DNA from: Hormoscilla sp.
Lineage (GTDB): Bacteria > Cyanobacteriota > Cyanobacteriia > Cyanobacteriales > Desertifilaceae
Direction of reading: 5' to 3'
NCBI GenBank assembly: GCA_051439505.1
Contig: JBFRWI010000037.1
Coordinates: 1 to 19,637 of the forward strand
Length of the DNA: 19,637 nt
Numbering within the stretch: the stretch's first letter is position 1; the number at the start of each line of letters is the position of its first letter. The position numbers and the translations under genes were made by a program. Positions 17,135 to 19,637 of the stretch are shown here, one piece after another. Below the pieces are notes generated by a model. That model had not been told where the DNA came from. It saw only the letters and a list, made by a program, of their open reading frames with translations, and ran no database searches.

Positions 17135-19637
17135 ATGGTCGAGCAGAAAAAGCGCAAGCCCGGTCGTGCCGTATTTTTTCAAGACATAGAAGTAGTTGAA
17201 GCTAATTCAGAAGAAGAGGAAATGGAAGAACAATCAGCGAGTAATTCTGTAGAAACAAGAGTAAATGACCGGGATAGCAAATTGATTTTATCTGCCTTGA
17301 AAGCCGCCAGAGACGGTGATTTTACCAGGCGCCTTTCAGCAGATAACGGTCTCGGAGAAATTGCTACCGTCTTTAATGAAATGATGATCGCTAACCAAAA
17401 TTTTAGCAAGGAATTGGTTCGCGTCAGCCAGACCGTCGGTGAAGCAGGCAATTTGACCGATCGGGCAGCGATCGCCACTGGTCCCTGGTCAACGACTATC
17501 GATGCAGTTAATGGGCTGATCGATAACTTGACCCAACCGACAACGGAAATCTCCCGAGTATTAACCGCAGTAGCAACTGGCGATCTCTCCCAGAAAATGG
17601 CCCTAGAAGTTGCTGGCAAACCCTTGCAGGGGGAATTTGCACGCATAGGCGCGATCGTCAACAGCATGGTAGACCAATTGAATGCTTTTGCTTCAGAAGT
17701 TACCCGGGTAGCGCGAGAGGTAGGTACCGAAGGGAAGCTGGGAGGACAAGCCCAAGTTGCGGGGGTAGAAGGCACCTGGAAGGATCTAACTGAAAACGTG
17801 AACTTGATGGCAGCTAATCTTACCAATCAAGTGCGCAATATTGCCACAGTGACCACCGCCGTAGCGAAGGGAGATCTGTCCCAGAAAATCACCGTCGAAG
17901 CCCAAGGAGAAATTCTCCAACTGAAGAATACTGTCAATATAATGGTCGATCGCCTGAACACCTTTGCCTCGGAAGTAACCCGAGTAGCAAAGGAAGTGGG
18001 CAGTGATGGGAAGCTAGGGGGTCAAGCCCAAGTCCAAGGGGTCGAAGGAACCTGGAAGGATCTGACCGAAAACGTCAATGCCATGGCAGACAACCTCACC
18101 AACCAGGTACGTAACGTGGCGAAAGTGGCCACGGCCATTAGTGTCGGAGATTTGAGTCAAAAGATTACCGTGAACGCCCAAGGGGAAATCCTGCAACTGA
18201 AAGACACCATCAACCAAATGGTCGATAGCCTGAACAGCTTCGCCTCGGAAGTGACGCGGGTAGCCATAGAAGTGGGTACCGAGGGCAAGCTGGGTGGTAA
18301 AGCAACAGTCAAAGGGGTCGCCGGCACATGGAAAGACCTGACCGATAATGTGAATCTGATGACCACCTATATAACCAATCAGGTGCGCAGCATCGCCCAG
18401 GTAACTACCGGCGTTGCCCAAGGAGATTTGTCCCAGAAAATTACCACCGACGCGAAAGGAGAATTCCTGGAACTGAAAAGTACCGTCAACCAGATGGTCG
18501 ATCGGCTGAATGACTTTTCGAGTGAAGTGACGCGGGTGGCGCGGGAAGTCGGAATAGAAGGGCAACTGGGCGGTCAAGCCAAAGTAGAGGGCGTAGCTGG
18601 CACTTGGAAGGAACTGACGGATAATGTAAATTTCATGGCTGCTAACCTGACGGACCAAGTGCGGAATATCGCGGAAGTATCCACAGCAGTAGCCCAAGGA
18701 GATTTATCGCAGAAAATCACGGTAGAGGCCCAAGGGGAAATTCTGGAGTTGAAGAATACCCTGAACACCATGGTGGATCAACTAAATGCCTTTTCCAGTG
18801 AAGTCACCCGCGTGGCCCGTGAAGTAGGTACCCAAGGGCAACTGGGCGGTCAAGCCAAAGTAGAGGGCGTGGCAGGCACCTGGAAGGAATTGACGGATAA
18901 TGTTAACCAAATGGCTAGTAACCTTACTAGCCAAGTGCGGAACATCGCGTCAGTTTCCACAGCAGTGGCCCAAGGAGATTTATCAAAGAAAATTACTGTG
19001 GAAGCCCAAGGGGAAATTCTCGAACTCAAGAATACCCTGAACACAATGGTCGATCGACTAAATGGCTTTTCTAGTGAAGTGACGCGGGTGGCCCGTGAAG
19101 TAGGTACCCAAGGGCAACTAGGCGGTCAAGCCAAAGTGGAAGGGGTAGCTGGCACCTGGAAGGAATTGACGGATAATGTGAATTTCATGGCTGCTAACCT
19201 GACAGACCAAGTGCGGAACATCGCGGAAGTGTCCACTGCTGTAGCCCAAGGAGATTTATCGAAGAAAATAACTGTCGAGGCCCAAGGGGAAATTCTGGAA
19301 CTGAAGAATACCCTCAACACCATGGTGGATCAACTCAATGGCTTTTCCAGTGAAGTCACTCGTGTAGCCCGTGAAGTAGGTACCCAAGGACAGTTGGGCG
19401 GTCAAGCCAAAGTAGAGGGAGTTGCCGGTACTTGGAAGGAATTGACGGATAATGTCAATTTAATGGCTACTAACCTGACAGACCAAGTGCGGAACATTGC
19501 GTCAGTTTCCACAGCAGTGGCCCAAGGAGATTTATCGAAGAAAATCACTGTCGAGGCCCAAGGGGAAATTCTGGAACTGAAGAATACCCTCAACACCATG
19601 GTGGATCAACTCAATGGCTTTTCCAGTGAAGTCACTC
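17135..19637 (+). CDS. Soluble poly-HAMP protein (92-aa repeats of the Nik1/Os-1/OsaA type); chemoreceptor or hybrid kinase, C-terminus outside the window
   Basis: ATG 17135 with AGGAG at 17122. [15 protein letters not shown]...[14 protein letters not shown] is followed by repeats of [67 protein letters not shown]. No stop seen over 834 codons and no transmembrane segment. Confidence 0.93.
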   Translation, partial: MVEQKKRKPGRAVFFQDIEVVEANSEEEEMEEQSASNSVETRVNDRDSKLILSALKAARDGDFTRRLSADNGLGEIATVFNEMMIANQNFSKELVRVSQTVGEAGNLTDRAAIATGPWSTTIDAVNGLIDNLTQPTTEISRVLTAVATGDLSQKMALEVAGKPLQGEFARIGAIVNSMVDQLNAFASEVTRVAREVGTEGKLGGQAQVAGVEGTWKDLTENVNLMAANLTNQVRNIATVTTAVAKGDLSQKITVEAQGEILQLKNTVNIMVDRLNTFASEVTRVAKEVGSDGKLGGQAQVQGVEGTWKDLTENVNAMADNLTNQVRNVAKVATAISVGDLSQKITVNAQGEILQLKDTINQMVDSLNSFASEVTRVAIEVGTEGKLGGKATVKGVAGTWKDLTDNVNLMTTYITNQVRSIAQVTTGVAQGDLSQKITTDAKGEFLELKSTVNQMVDRLNDFSSEVTRVAREVGIEGQLGGQAKVEGVAGTWKELTDNVNFMAANLTDQVRNIAEVSTAVAQGDLSQKITVEAQGEILELKNTLNTMVDQLNAFSSEVTRVAREVGTQGQLGGQAKVEGVAGTWKELTDNVNQMASNLTSQVRNIASVSTAVAQGDLSKKITVEAQGEILELKNTLNTMVDRLNGFSSEVTRVAREVGTQGQLGGQAKVEGVAGTWKELTDNVNFMAANLTDQVRNIAEVSTAVAQGDLSKKITVEAQGEILELKNTLNTMVDQLNGFSSEVTRVAREVGTQGQLGGQAKVEGVAGTWKELTDNVNLMATNLTDQVRNIASVSTAVAQGDLSKKITVEAQGEILELKNTLNTMVDQLNGFSSEVT
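17690..19637 (+). repeat. 276-bp intragenic tandem repeat (about 7 units)
   Basis: Codons for TWK recur at 17774, 18050, 18326, 18602, 18878, 19154 and 19430, an exact 276-nt period. Confidence 0.95.

Larger units (their letters stand above)
595..17475. repeat. Dispersed HIP1 octamers (GCGATCGC)
   Basis: Exact copies at 595, 1336, 2514, 2989, 5197, 5811, 6455, 6901, 9819, 10941, 11329, 11707, 11974, 13174, 14712, 15276, 16577 and 17468. This is a hallmark of cyanobacterial DNA. Confidence 0.95.

Noticed and set aside
17179..19599. Minus-strand ORFs, including four near-identical 64-65 aa ORFs that look like a tandem small-gene array
   Set aside because: Antisense shadows of the 276-bp HAMP repeats in the plus-strand gene.
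17690..19637. Regular repeats as a CRISPR array
   Set aside because: The period is 276 nt, in frame and coding, with synonymous variation and no unique spacers. No cas genes are present.

Overview
Cyanobacterial chromosomal DNA: at least 18 HIP1 (GCGATCGC) sites, heptamer STRR-type repeats and GTAG-type palindromic repeats. The left 12 kb is mostly conserved-looking content. It holds a partial FHA-GAF-adenylate cyclase gene (missing from the ORF track because it runs off the left edge), pnp, an SNF2 helicase plus SWIM zinc-finger pair, a hicBA toxin-antitoxin module, tlyA, an AT-rich membrane protein gene and a DUF697-type GTPase. The right 7.3 kb is an unusual chemosensory-like cluster on the + strand. 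It encodes CheA (no P2, two CheW domains, no receiver), a translationally coupled Rcp1-type (phytochrome-family) receiver, CheW, a ParA/MinD-family ATPase and a soluble poly-HAMP protein of more than 830 aa. The poly-HAMP protein has 92-aa repeats, runs off the right edge and is also missing from the ORF track. The parA flanks hold nested small repeats, including a 124-bp MITE-like element with terminal inverted repeats and a 6-bp target duplication. All functional calls come from motif reading by eye; no searches were run.
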